A program made the translations under genes and the position numbers. The notes beneath the pieces were generated by a model that was given only the letters and a program-made list of their open reading frames with translations, was not told the origin of the DNA and ran no database searches. Positions 9,944 to 18,983 of a stretch of 64,000 bases of DNA are shown piece after piece (position 1 is the stretch's first letter; every line of letters begins with the position of its first letter). Source of the DNA: a virus; the IMG/VR virus record IMGVR_UViG_3300031772_000013, positions 11,452 to 75,451 of that record, one strand, 5' to 3'.

Positions 9944-10635
9944 TCGCTCCCCCCACAACAATTCACGTCGCCGCGTGTCTGACCTGCGGGGCCATCGCGA
10001 GCGCCGACACCCGCGCCGAGGCCGCCAAGCGGACGACGTGCCCGATGTGCCCCGCCGGGGACGGCGTGCTCCAGGTGTTCCGTTACCAGCTCGCGCCTCA
10101 GAAATCCCGAAACGCCCAGAAGAGCCGCGCCAAAGATCACCGATAAGTCAAGAAAGCAGTACGACCATGAGTACCTCACCCCCCGTCGGACTCCCAGACC
10201 GGATCTGGGTCGTGATTCGCCCGAGCGGCGAGCGCGACTTCATCCACCGAGAGCCTCTCGAAGGCATCGCCGCGTGGGCCAAGGGAGTCAACGCGACGAT
10301 CGCGGAGTACCGCTTCGCCGCCGTCACCCACGCCGCGCCCCCGAAGAAGAGGGTGGCCTCAAAATGACGGCCTGGGCGGCCTTCTGGCGGTTCGTGCTCG
10401 GCCCCCGCCCGAACCTCGTGGCGGTCTGGTCCGACGGCAAGAAGGAGCCGGTCGGCTTCTTCGCTTCGTGGCGGCTGTCACGACCGCCGCACCTGCTCGT
10501 GCGCGTTGAGTGGGAAGGCGCGACGGTCTGGGCACGTCGAGGCTAGCGAGTGCCACCTCTCCTCTTTCGATAGAGAACCACAAGCAACACGCCGAACGGG
10601 ACAGCGATCGGCAAGAAGAGCCACAAGGCCATCGA

Positions 10636-10905
10636 CTACCTACGACGCCGCGCCTGGCTGATCCGGCCACTGATCTTCTTCACGCTGTTCACGAGATCCG
10701 GATCGGTGAGCTTCTCGAAGATGGACGTCGCCGCCTTGACGGTCTCGTTGTCGCTCGACAGGAGCCCATCGAGCGGACTCGAGAGAAGGTCGTACTTGCG
10801 GATGATCCGCAGAGCCTTCATCGCCGCAGCGATGCGCTCCTTGTCGTCGCCGTTCTCTTCGAGCGCGAGCTCGATGAGGTCTCTGGCCTTCTGGCGTGCG
10901 TTCAT
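10636..10905 (-). CDS. Hypothetical helical protein (DUF2786-like N-terminus)
   Basis: KARDLIELA...ERIAAAMKALRIIRKY. Confidence 0.5.
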   Translation of the reverse strand: MNARQKARDLIELALEENGDDKERIAAAMKALRIIRKYDLLSSPLDGLLSSDNETVKAATSIFEKLTDPDLVNSVKKISGRISQARRRR

Positions 10906-11066
10906 ATCGACGCGCTGCCCGGACCGTGGCTACGCACGTTGTGCCCAAGCTCCCCGCACTCGCTGCACTTGCGCTTGGCCGTCTTCTTCACGGCCTTCGC
11001 GGTCTTCTTCACGGCCTTCACGGCCTTCTTCACGGTCTTCTTCACGGCCTTTTTCTTAGTTGCCAT
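10902..11066 (-). CDS. 54-aa histone-H1-like Lys/Ala/Val repeat protein with zinc knuckle (absent from ORF track)
   Basis: Hand translation MATKKKAVKKTVKKAVKAVKKTAKAVKKTAKRKCSECGELGHNVRSHGPGSASI. Stop overlaps the next ATG. Confidence 0.8.
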   Translation of the reverse strand: MATKKKAVKKTVKKAVKAVKKTAKAVKKTAKRKCSECGELGHNVRSHGPGSASI

Positions 11067-11077
11067 CTTGGTGCCTT

Positions 11078-11317
11078 TCAGTCGTCGAGATCGGGGTCGT
11101 CATCGTCGTCGTCTTTCTTCTTCTTCCGGTTCCGCCTGGTGCCGCCACTGAACCGCTCCTCGAACTCATCGACCATGGCGTCGGCGTACTTGGTCGCGGC
11201 AGCCACCATGTCCTCGACGAGGTCATCGACGTCGTCGATGTCGTCGGGCATCACGTATCGGCTCATCGCATCATGCGTCCAGCCGACCCAGAGTTCTTTC
11301 TTGTCCTGATTCGCCAT
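11078..11317 (-). CDS. Small highly acidic protein
   Basis: DDIDDVDDLVED...DDDDDDPDLDD. Confidence 0.65.
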   Translation of the reverse strand: MANQDKKELWVGWTHDAMSRYVMPDDIDDVDDLVEDMVAAATKYADAMVDEFEERFSGGTRRNRKKKKDDDDDDPDLDD

Positions 11318-11340
11318 GTTCCCCCGAGGTACAACGCCTG

Positions 11341-11844
11341 TTAACCGTTGTCAACAACGTCCATGTCCGGCATCGGTTCGAGAAACCGCGCCAAGGTCCC
11401 CCTGTCGCCGGATCGGGCCGGCAACTTGCGCCGCGCGTGAGCGCGAACACGACACACGATCCGCTCGACGTGTTCAGTGCGGTCGTCGCCCTTGGCGCAG
11501 AGTACCGTCGCAAACGCCGGTACACTCCGATGGCCTCGCTTCGCGTTGCACCCAGCGCAACACGTGATCAGGTTGCTGGGGCGGTTCGAGCCCCCACGCA
11601 TTCGCGGCACGACATGATCTACGGTTGCTTGGCGCGTGCCTGCGGGCAGGTGCGCCGGGTTCGCGATCGACACGATCGGGGCGGAGCACCACACACATTT
11701 GTACTCGTCACGTTCGTAGATACGTCTGCGCGTCGAGGGCTTCAGCCACTTGCTCCCCTGGCCACGATTGCCAGCGGTGGGGCTGCGGCGATCGGAGCCG
11801 CGAACAACAGGACGTGCCGGTAGGGTCTCCGTCGCGAGGTTCAT
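11341..11844 (-). CDS. HNH endonuclease
   Basis: RD..KCVWC...TVDHVVP...GGSN...NLITCC..CN..RG. Confidence 0.9.
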   Translation of the reverse strand: MNLATETLPARPVVRGSDRRSPTAGNRGQGSKWLKPSTRRRIYERDEYKCVWCSAPIVSIANPAHLPAGTRQATVDHVVPRMRGGSNRPSNLITCCAGCNAKRGHRSVPAFATVLCAKGDDRTEHVERIVCRVRAHARRKLPARSGDRGTLARFLEPMPDMDVVDNG

Positions 11845-12191
11845 TCTGGCTCCCCTGCGGGCAACGGGATGATCGACTCGGAGCGAAGGCACAACACGTT
11901 CGAATGGTCGTGCCAGAAGGTCATCGTCGGGATGCCCTTGTGGTGCTCGCACCAGTCTATCTGTCGATCCCGTTTCGCGAGATCGTAGTCGTTGAACGGA
12001 GGACGTGGTTTCGAGGCGACGGTGCTCGCTGAGGGTGCGGGCGCAGGGGCGGCGGCACTCGCCGAAGATGCGGGGGCAGAATCGATCGGCGCCAGAACAC
12101 GGACGCCGAACGGGATCACAACAAACGCAGCAGCTACGAGCGCTGCCGCCAGCTTGATCTGGGCGATGCCACTCATGAAGAGCGAGTTCAT
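11841..12191 (-). CDS. Single-pass membrane protein
   Basis: N-terminal hydrophobic helix and Ala/Pro/Ser linker. Confidence 0.5.
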   Translation of the reverse strand: MNSLFMSGIAQIKLAAALVAAAFVVIPFGVRVLAPIDSAPASSASAAAPAPAPSASTVASKPRPPFNDYDLAKRDRQIDWCEHHKGIPTMTFWHDHSNVLCLRSESIIPLPAGEPE

Positions 12192-12373
12192 GCTCGGGCG
12201 CCGGCCTCGGCAGCTCGCCGCTTGCCTCGCAACGCTTGCTCGAGGATCACGCGGATGACCGCGCTGGTCTTCACCTCGGCGCCGGCCGCTTTGCTCATGC
12301 GCTTCCGTTCGCGTTCGAGAGCGCTCTTCAGATCCCGCGGAACCCGGACGTTGAGGGCCTCGTCGTGTGCCAT
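12188..12373 (-). CDS. Ribbon-helix-helix (Arc/CopG-like) regulator
   Basis: LNVRVPRDLK...SAVIRVILEQAL. Confidence 0.75.
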   Translation of the reverse strand: MAHDEALNVRVPRDLKSALERERKRMSKAAGAEVKTSAVIRVILEQALRGKRRAAEAGARA

Positions 12374-12379
12374 GCGCGT

Positions 12380-12443
12380 ATTCTAGCGCCTGCGCGCGTT
12401 GTATTGCAATATCTTGACGAGCGCCATCTCGCAGGATTAGCAT
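12380..12443. promoter_or_regulatory. Divergent sigma70-like promoters around the palindrome TATTGCAATA
   Basis: Minus: TTGCAA(12409-12404)-18 nt-TAGAAT(12385-12380). Plus: TTGACG(12414-12419)-18 nt-TAGCAT(12438-12443). Palindrome at 12402-12411. Confidence 0.55.
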
Positions 12444-12530
12444 CCGTCTCTCACCGTCGAAACCGTCGAAAGGGGCCTCCCACATGGAGCGCATCCAGTT
12501 CATCTGTCTGCGTAGTGATGAGGGATCAAC

Positions 12531-13310
12531 ATGCCCCGTCTAGTCTGCTGGTGGTCGGCCGGGATCGCGTCCTCGGTGGCTTCGGCCGTCGCGCTCACTG
12601 AGGCGGGGGACTACGAGGAGCGGATCGTCGCGTACTGCGACACATCCAGCTCCGAGCACCCGGACAACGCTCGCTTCCTCTCGGAATGCGAGGGTTGGTA
12701 CGGGCAGCCCATCCTGAAACTCCGCTCCTCCGAGTACCGAGACACCTGGGAGGTCTTCGCAAAGACTCGCTGGCTCGTGGGGGTGGCCGGAGCGCGCTGC
12801 ACGACGGAGCTGAAGAAGCTCGTGCGGAGGGGGTTCGAACGGCCCGATGACGTGCACGTTTTTGGGTTCACCGCGGACGAGCCCCAGCGCGCTGATCGCT
12901 TCCGGGCGAACAACCCGGAGATCGACGCGAGGTTCCCGCTCATCGAGGCTGGCCTCAAGCACGCCGACTGTGCCGCGCTTCTCCAGAAAGCCGGCATCGA
13001 GATCCCGATGATGTACCGGCTCGGCTACCGGAACAACAACTGCATCGGGTGCGTGAAGGGCGGCGCGGGGTACTGGAACAAGATCCGACGCGACTTCCCA
13101 GACGTGTTCGCGAGGATGGCCGGCGTCGAGCGCTCTCTCAACGCCGCCATCTTGAAGAAGCACCAAGGAGGCAAGCGGCTCCGCGTGTTCCTGGACGAGC
13201 TGGATCCGAAGTCGGGCAGGTACGAGGCGGAAGAAGCCGTCGAGTGTGGGCTTGCGTGCGGGAGCACGCTCGACGGGATCCAGACTGTGCTTGCGGAGTG
13301 TGGGACGTGA
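12531..13310 (+). CDS. Phage PAPS-reductase-like (adenine nucleotide alpha-hydrolase/PP-loop) protein
   Basis: WWSAGIASS, EHPDN, CTTELKK, FPLIE, YRLGYRNNNCIGCVKGG. Confidence 0.75.
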   Translation: MPRLVCWWSAGIASSVASAVALTEAGDYEERIVAYCDTSSSEHPDNARFLSECEGWYGQPILKLRSSEYRDTWEVFAKTRWLVGVAGARCTTELKKLVRRGFERPDDVHVFGFTADEPQRADRFRANNPEIDARFPLIEAGLKHADCAALLQKAGIEIPMMYRLGYRNNNCIGCVKGGAGYWNKIRRDFPDVFARMAGVERSLNAAILKKHQGGKRLRVFLDELDPKSGRYEAEEAVECGLACGSTLDGIQTVLAECGT

Positions 13311-13435
13311 AGGACGCACTCATCGCCATCACCATCGCCCTCATGTTCATCACGTTCGCGCTGCGGCATGAGGCTGGAAGAATTGTGGACGCCATCGACC
13401 GAGCCGGGATGCGTTGCAAGTAAAGGACTACCGAC

Positions 13436-14725
13436 ATGAGCACACGACTCGATCTCGTCTTGCAAAAGCACCCCGATCACGCCGACGGGATCCGGCTACT
13501 CGCTTCACGCGACCCGTCCGCGAATCTCAAGTACCTCGACTGGGGCACGAAGGTCCTGGCGTCCAGCCAGGCGCTCGCTCCGGAGATCGCCGACGTCATC
13601 GATCTCTTTCATCAGTTCAGGGGGCAGTGGCACGGGAACCCGGACCGACGTGGCTCAAAGAGCCAGCGCGTGCACCACGACATCTACGCATACAAGCCGC
13701 AACATCTCGCGCAGCTTCGCGAGCTTCTGTTCAAGATGAAGCGGGCGCAGGACAGTAGGCGCCGGAAGCGCGTCAAGCTCTACCGCATCGAAGGATCCGT
13801 CGAGGCCGACGTGGTCTACGATTCGCCCGATCTCATCGTCCGGCACATCAAGAACAAGAACGCCAGCGTCCACTACGGGCTCGGCACGAAGTGGTGCACC
13901 TCGATGCTCCGCGCCGGCTACTTCGAAGGCTACGAGGCGCAGAACGCGACGTTCTTCTTCTTCGAGCGCAAGGTGCCGAAGGGCGACGAGTTCGACAAGG
14001 CGGCGCTCATGTTGCCGCGTAACGGCGACAATGATCGAGAGCAGTTTGCCGAAGCGTTCACGACGACCGATCGCCGGGTCGACATGATGACGCTCGCTAA
14101 GGCGCACGGGGTACGGATCTTCGATATCTTCCGCGAGGTCTACGAGCGCAGCGAGCGGTACCCTGGCTCCGCCATGTCCCGCGTCTACGCGGGTACGGCT
14201 ACCCAGGAGGAACTCGAGGTCGTCTTCGCGAGCGCCGCCAAGGGCGTCGAAACGTGCTCCTTGCTCGAAGCCATCTGCTGCAACGATGCGGCGCCATGGA
14301 CGATGCTGGAAGAGATCGCCCTTCGCGCTCCGGCGTTGTTGCTTGCTTCCTGGAAGAAGCGGATGCACGGCGGCGCGCATCACCGCAACCGAACTGTCAA
14401 GGAACTCGTGACCGCCGTGATGGCGGCCATGTCGATCCACCCGAACGTGCCCGAAGATGCTCGCGCGAAGGCCATCACGGGGCTACGGCGAAGGCGCATC
14501 AAGGTACACACAATCTGTCGCACGACGACGGCTCGGATCGCGGTGGGGTACACAGGAAGCGACGGTGTGCGCGGTCGTCGACGTCTCCGTCGACAACGTC
14601 CCGTCACCGCGAAAGCCCTCCAGAAGCGCGCTGGAATGTACGAGCGCTTGGCGGCTCGAATCTTGAAGAAGGCCGCGAGGCTGGAGAAGAAGAAGAAGAT
14701 TACGAAACGAAAGAGCCCCCGATGA
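13436..14725 (+). CDS. Hypothetical protein with YG.GTKWCT (PcfJ-like) domain and basic C-terminus
   Basis: ASVHYGLGTKWCTS. Confidence 0.55.
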   Translation: MSTRLDLVLQKHPDHADGIRLLASRDPSANLKYLDWGTKVLASSQALAPEIADVIDLFHQFRGQWHGNPDRRGSKSQRVHHDIYAYKPQHLAQLRELLFKMKRAQDSRRRKRVKLYRIEGSVEADVVYDSPDLIVRHIKNKNASVHYGLGTKWCTSMLRAGYFEGYEAQNATFFFFERKVPKGDEFDKAALMLPRNGDNDREQFAEAFTTTDRRVDMMTLAKAHGVRIFDIFREVYERSERYPGSAMSRVYAGTATQEELEVVFASAAKGVETCSLLEAICCNDAAPWTMLEEIALRAPALLLASWKKRMHGGAHHRNRTVKELVTAVMAAMSIHPNVPEDARAKAITGLRRRRIKVHTICRTTTARIAVGYTGSDGVRGRRRLRRQRPVTAKALQKRAGMYERLAARILKKAARLEKKKKITKRKSPR

Positions 14726-15051
14726 AACAGAAACTCAACGAGAGACACGAGATCGACGCAGTCGGCAACCCGGGAGGCGGCGAGACCGCCGCGACGGGCA
14801 TCGCCATCCGTTGGCAGAACGGCCCACTCGGGCGAGGCTCAGACCGCAAGGAGCCGAACGGCGCCTTCGTCGAGGGTGTCCTCCAGGCCGCCATCGGGCG
14901 CCTTGAGTTCTACCAGAAGGCGAACGGCAGCAAGTTCGCTTGCCGCGAGAACGCCATCGCGCTCACGCACCTCGAAACCGCGCTTCTCTGGCTGGAGAAG
15001 CGCACCAGGGGACGCGAGGAGCGCGAGGTCGAAGGGACGCACACACCGTGA
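14722..15051 (+). CDS. tad1: Tad1-like (Thoeris anti-defence) signal-sponge protein
   Basis: WQNGP...NG.FVE.VL...RLEFYQ...FACRENAIALTHLETALLWLEKR...REVEGT matches the Tad1 family pattern as recalled. Confidence 0.75.
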   Translation: MKQKLNERHEIDAVGNPGGGETAATGIAIRWQNGPLGRGSDRKEPNGAFVEGVLQAAIGRLEFYQKANGSKFACRENAIALTHLETALLWLEKRTRGREEREVEGTHTP

Positions 15052-15395
15052 AAGACCAGATGCGCCTGGGGACTGAGATCGAGCCGGAACGAGGGGCGGC
15101 GAGCGCGTCACCTAGAGCCGAGGTGCTTTGGTTCGCTCAGGAAATGGAAGGGAAACTCAGAGCGAACGACCACAAGGGGCACTGGGACGGGTGTCGGTTC
15201 GACTACCTGTCTCGTCGACTCGCCGAAGAATCGGAGGAGTTAAATAAGGCGATCCTGGCTTCGTCGGGACAAATCACTCTCACTAGAGCGGAGGCCGATC
15301 GCATCATTCACGAGGCCGCCGACGTGGCGAACTTCGCGATGATGATCGCGGACAACGCGAAGCGTCTGCGGGGAGGAGGCGACACAGAGCGATGA
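15048..15395 (+). CDS. MazG-like all-helical NTP pyrophosphohydrolase
   Basis: LAEESEEL...EAADVANFAMMI. Confidence 0.65.
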   Translation: MKDQMRLGTEIEPERGAASASPRAEVLWFAQEMEGKLRANDHKGHWDGCRFDYLSRRLAEESEELNKAILASSGQITLTRAEADRIIHEAADVANFAMMIADNAKRLRGGGDTER

Positions 15396-15682
15396 TGAAA
15401 GATCAGATACGTTTCGGGTCTGAGACCGAGCCAGGTAGAGGCGCAGCGATCCGGCGACACGACGGGGGCCTAGGGGTCGGGACCTTCATGGAAGTGAAGG
15501 ATGGCCAACCGATCCCCGAAGGCGCCGAACTCATCCAGGTCGGAGCTGAGGACAGTGACGGTTGGCGCGACGTGACGACGGTCTACAAGTCCGAGCGTAG
15601 CGGGCCGGCGCAGGTCGCGACCCCGAAGTATCGTGAGGGACACGACAGGATTTTCGGGAAGCAGAAAATGGGGCTGGCGTGA
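15392..15682 (+). CDS. Hypothetical protein
   Basis: Overlapping junctions. C-terminal GPAQVATPKYREGHDRIFG. Confidence 0.55.
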   Translation: MMKDQIRFGSETEPGRGAAIRRHDGGLGVGTFMEVKDGQPIPEGAELIQVGAEDSDGWRDVTTVYKSERSGPAQVATPKYREGHDRIFGKQKMGLA

Positions 15683-15890
15683 GCGTCTTCAATTCAGAGC
15701 CAGTGTGTCTATCGTGCGGCAAACCGCCCGACATGGAAATCACGTCGACTTTCCGTGCGCTCACAGCACACGGAGAACGAACGAGTGAGTTGATCAAAAA
15801 GGCGGGCACAGCCGTCCAATGGGCATGCGTGAAGTGCTTGATGAAAGCAGGAAAGGCGGCTGTGAGCGGCGACTTCGCGGAGGAGGAACT

Positions 15891-16547
15891 GTGATGAGCT
15901 ACCCAGAGAAAATTCCCGTCGACGGAATTATCGACAGAGACGGGCGCATCACGTACATCGGAGACGCGATGTACAGTCACGGGGACGGTTTCTACAAGTG
16001 CCTCGCGCGGGTTGATGAAACGCTCTGTATCGTCGAGGTACGAATCAAATTAGGAGAGACTATTCCACAACTCGACAACGCCTCCGTCGCTCGGCCCATC
16101 ATCACACCCTCGAACCAATCCCGCATCGCCATCTGGGTCCGCTCAACCTTCGGCGACGCCGTTGCCACGGACGTCCCCGAGCGTGCTCTTCGCGTCGCCG
16201 AGGAGGCCCTTGAGTTGACGCAAGCCTGCGGCCTGGACGCCGCAACACTTCACCGCCTGGTCGACTACGTCTTCGCTCGGCCGGTCGGCGAGGTCGAGCA
16301 AGAGATCGCTGGCTGCATGGTGACCATCTACTCGGCGGCCTCGACGCTCGGCATCGACGCAGACGCGGTGCTTGAGGCTGAGCTCGCAAGGATCCATCGG
16401 CCAGAGATCATCGAACGATGTCGTCGCCGCCAAGTGGAGAAGCGGGCTGCGCTCGTGGCGACCTCCGAGCGCGAGTGCGCGTGCAGTAGGCCCTCCACGT
16501 GCGAGAGCGGCTGGTGCGGGACGATCTGCGGCTTCTCGCCGATGTGA
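15891..16547 (+). CDS. MazG-like pyrophosphohydrolase-fold protein
   Basis: WVRSTFG...ERALRVAEEALEL...EQEIAG. Confidence 0.55.
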   Translation: MMSYPEKIPVDGIIDRDGRITYIGDAMYSHGDGFYKCLARVDETLCIVEVRIKLGETIPQLDNASVARPIITPSNQSRIAIWVRSTFGDAVATDVPERALRVAEEALELTQACGLDAATLHRLVDYVFARPVGEVEQEIAGCMVTIYSAASTLGIDADAVLEAELARIHRPEIIERCRRRQVEKRAALVATSERECACSRPSTCESGWCGTICGFSPM

Positions 16548-17537
16548 GGCCAAGATGGATGCCTATGCAGTCTGCCGCTACGTGAAGCGATACCACGAGA
16601 AAAACTGCTACGCGCCCGATCGTTCGAAGCTCGGTTGCTACGACACCTTCGTCGAGATGCTCATCAAGAACGACATCATCAAGGAGTTGCCGCTGTACGA
16701 GGGGGGACCACCCGTGCTCGTGGTGCTCACCGAGAAGGGGATGCGGATGGCGAAAGAGAAGCGTCGATGATGGACAAATCACGTCGGGACCGCTACGTTT
16801 CTCCTTCGAGCAAGTGCCTCCAGCACACGCTCCCGCCCGCAGCCTCTTTCGACGGGGGCTGCGGGTTCTCTTTTTGGCGGATCGCGTGAAGCGTGACAAC
16901 ACGCTTCGGCGCTGGACCGTGCTCCTTGAGATTTCTCAAGATGAGCGCACCGGGGCGGCGGTAGAGGTGTCCGGAAACGATGAACGATGGACTTGGCGCG
17001 TGATCGGAAAATCACGCGGCGAAAGCCTCTCCAGAAAGTCGGCCCGAGCCGCAGTTCGCCACTACGTTCGCAAACTACCGAGTGTTCTGAAAACCGACCG
17101 ACAGTTGAGTCTATTTCCATGACCATGACCGACACCGCCCCGATTGGTATCTTGATCCCGGAGTCTCTGCTCACCGTGGATACCCCCGAGGCTGCGGCTG
17201 CCATCCACTCGACCGCCGGCCTCAAGTCCGTTCTGCTTCACTCGCCCACTCCGGACGGCGGATGCTCGTGCGGCAAGATCCACGACAAGTCTGTGGGCAG
17301 AGTGAAGAGGTCGAGCTGAGAACTTTTTTCACTTCTCCCCCACCCACCCGCACTTCTGGCACTGCCCCATCTTCAGGGGTCCAGTGACGAACGCGAGCGC
17401 CCGGGTGAAGTCCTCGATGAGCCGACACCCGCAGCAGCGACAGGTGTTGCGCATGCGCATCTCGATCGGCAGTAACATGAAGTGCTGACGGTCTCGTTGC
17501 GCCTCGATGCCGGCGAGAATTTCTTTTTCTGTCCTCA

Positions 17538-17714
17538 TCAGTATCCGTTCTTGCTGGCCCAGTTGTCGCCGTTCAAGATGAACGTGCTCTGCGAGATCAA
17601 GCGCGTCGCCTCGGCCTTGCCGCACGCAGGGCAGATCCTCGATGGCTCTTCTGTGATCTTCTGGTCGGTTTCCCACGTGTGCTTGCAGGCACGGCACAAG
17701 TACTCGTACGTCAT
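17538..17714 (-). CDS. FmdB-type zinc-ribbon protein
   Basis: MTYEYLCRAC.H...CPACG...RLIS...F.L.G..W. Confidence 0.8.
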   Translation of the reverse strand: MTYEYLCRACKHTWETDQKITEEPSRICPACGKAEATRLISQSTFILNGDNWASKNGY

Positions 17715-18289
17715 CCGCCTACGGCCACACTCTCGCGTTGAACGAAACGCACGCCAGGGATCTGGATCTGCCCCTTGGTCGCCTGGCAGACCTTGCGCAA
17801 GGCCGACGTGTCGATCAACAGGTACTCCCGCGGCACCAGATTCGGATCCGTGATCTCCACTTCCCACGTCTTGCGGAACGAGATCGCAGCCGGGGTCGGA
17901 GGAGCGGCGAGTGCCGTGAGCTGCGCCATGGCCGTCGGTGTCGGAGCTTGCCCGGCCGCGACGATCGCCTTGTGCTTCTCTTGACGGAGAACCTCCTGGT
18001 ACCCGACGACACGTTGCTTCAGCACGCTCTCAATCGTCATGTACGTTTCTAGCGGGGCACGGAACCACTCGCACACCGCGCGCTCGGCCACACGCAATGG
18101 CCCGAGAACGGTCTCTCGCTGTGCGAGCAAGCTGTTCACGCGCGCCTTAACATCGATCAAGGCGTCGCAAATCCCGGGGTACGTTTCGACGGTGCATGAG
18201 AGATCCTGAAGCGACGCGGACAGCTCCGCGAGCGTTGCTGCGCTCTCCAGGTCTTGCGGGCGCTGCACCTGAGCAGTTGCGTCGGTCAT
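17711..18289 (-). CDS. Phage coiled-coil protein (Gp157-like C-terminus)
   Basis: WEVEITDPNLVPREYL.ID...IPGV. Confidence 0.55.
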   Translation of the reverse strand: MTDATAQVQRPQDLESAATLAELSASLQDLSCTVETYPGICDALIDVKARVNSLLAQRETVLGPLRVAERAVCEWFRAPLETYMTIESVLKQRVVGYQEVLRQEKHKAIVAAGQAPTPTAMAQLTALAAPPTPAAISFRKTWEVEITDPNLVPREYLLIDTSALRKVCQATKGQIQIPGVRFVQRESVAVGG

Positions 18290-18549
18290 GTTTCGACAAT
18301 CTCCGTGAGCGGAACCCTGCCGCCGGTGAGGTCGCTGATTGCCTTGCCCTTCGCGTAGCCCGTGAGCTTGTGCCCTTTCAGTGTGTTCAAGATCGTCGAC
18401 ATCCCGATCTTGCCGCCGGATTTGTCCGCCAGAAGTTTGGCGTAGGCTGTCTTCGTCATGCCTTCTGGAAGCGTGCTTTCGAACCACGCCTTCAGCGTCG
18501 TGACGCTTCTTTTTTTCGTTGCCACTATCTCCACCTTTTCTGGAACCAC
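18286..18549 (-). CDS. Cro-like HTH protein
   Basis: KTAYAKLLA...GMSTILNTLKG...ISDLTGGRV. Confidence 0.55.
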   Translation of the reverse strand: MVPEKVEIVATKKRSVTTLKAWFESTLPEGMTKTAYAKLLADKSGGKIGMSTILNTLKGHKLTGYAKGKAISDLTGGRVPLTEIVET

Positions 18550-18983
18550 GTTCCTAGACCTATTGCGTCGTACATGTTGTGCGCTTGCGACTTCGGAACC
18601 TTAGCCATCTTGCCGAGTTCCAGCGGCGTCAGTGTCTCGCGAACACGCCGCCAGCACACGTCCTTGGGAAGTTGTCCCTTCCATTCACGCGGCTTGACGA
18701 GCGTGACGTGGAACCCGCAAACCGTTGCGCGCTCCGCGTACCGACCGACCGTAACGGCCAGGTTGATCAGATCGTTCTGATCACCCTTCTGTTGCTGTCC
18801 CGGGTAAACCTGGGGCAGCTCGATGATGCAGTCGCCGGCAGGTTTCCCTCGCCTGAGAGGTTCCTCGTTCTCAATAAAAAGCCGACACTCCTCCAACGAG
18901 CAGACGGTCGCACGACACAGCACCCCACCCTGGAACACCGCCACGCCCGTCACCTTGCCAGGATCGATCGCTACGAGGGCCAC
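18525..18983 (-). CDS. RuvC-like Holliday junction resolvase
   Basis: AIDPGKVTGVA, IIE.PQ, P.EWKG, DAIGLG. Confidence 0.8.
   Translation of the reverse strand: MALVAIDPGKVTGVAVFQGGVLCRATVCSLEECRLFIENEEPLRRGKPAGDCIIELPQVYPGQQQKGDQNDLINLAVTVGRYAERATVCGFHVTLVKPREWKGQLPKDVCWRRVRETLTPLELGKMAKVPKSQAHNMYDAIGLGTWFQKRWR

Noticed and set aside
12531-13310. Phosphorothioation (DndC) or sulfate-assimilation locus
   Set aside because: No other dnd/ssp or cys genes are present. It matches the stand-alone phage PAPS-reductase-like type.
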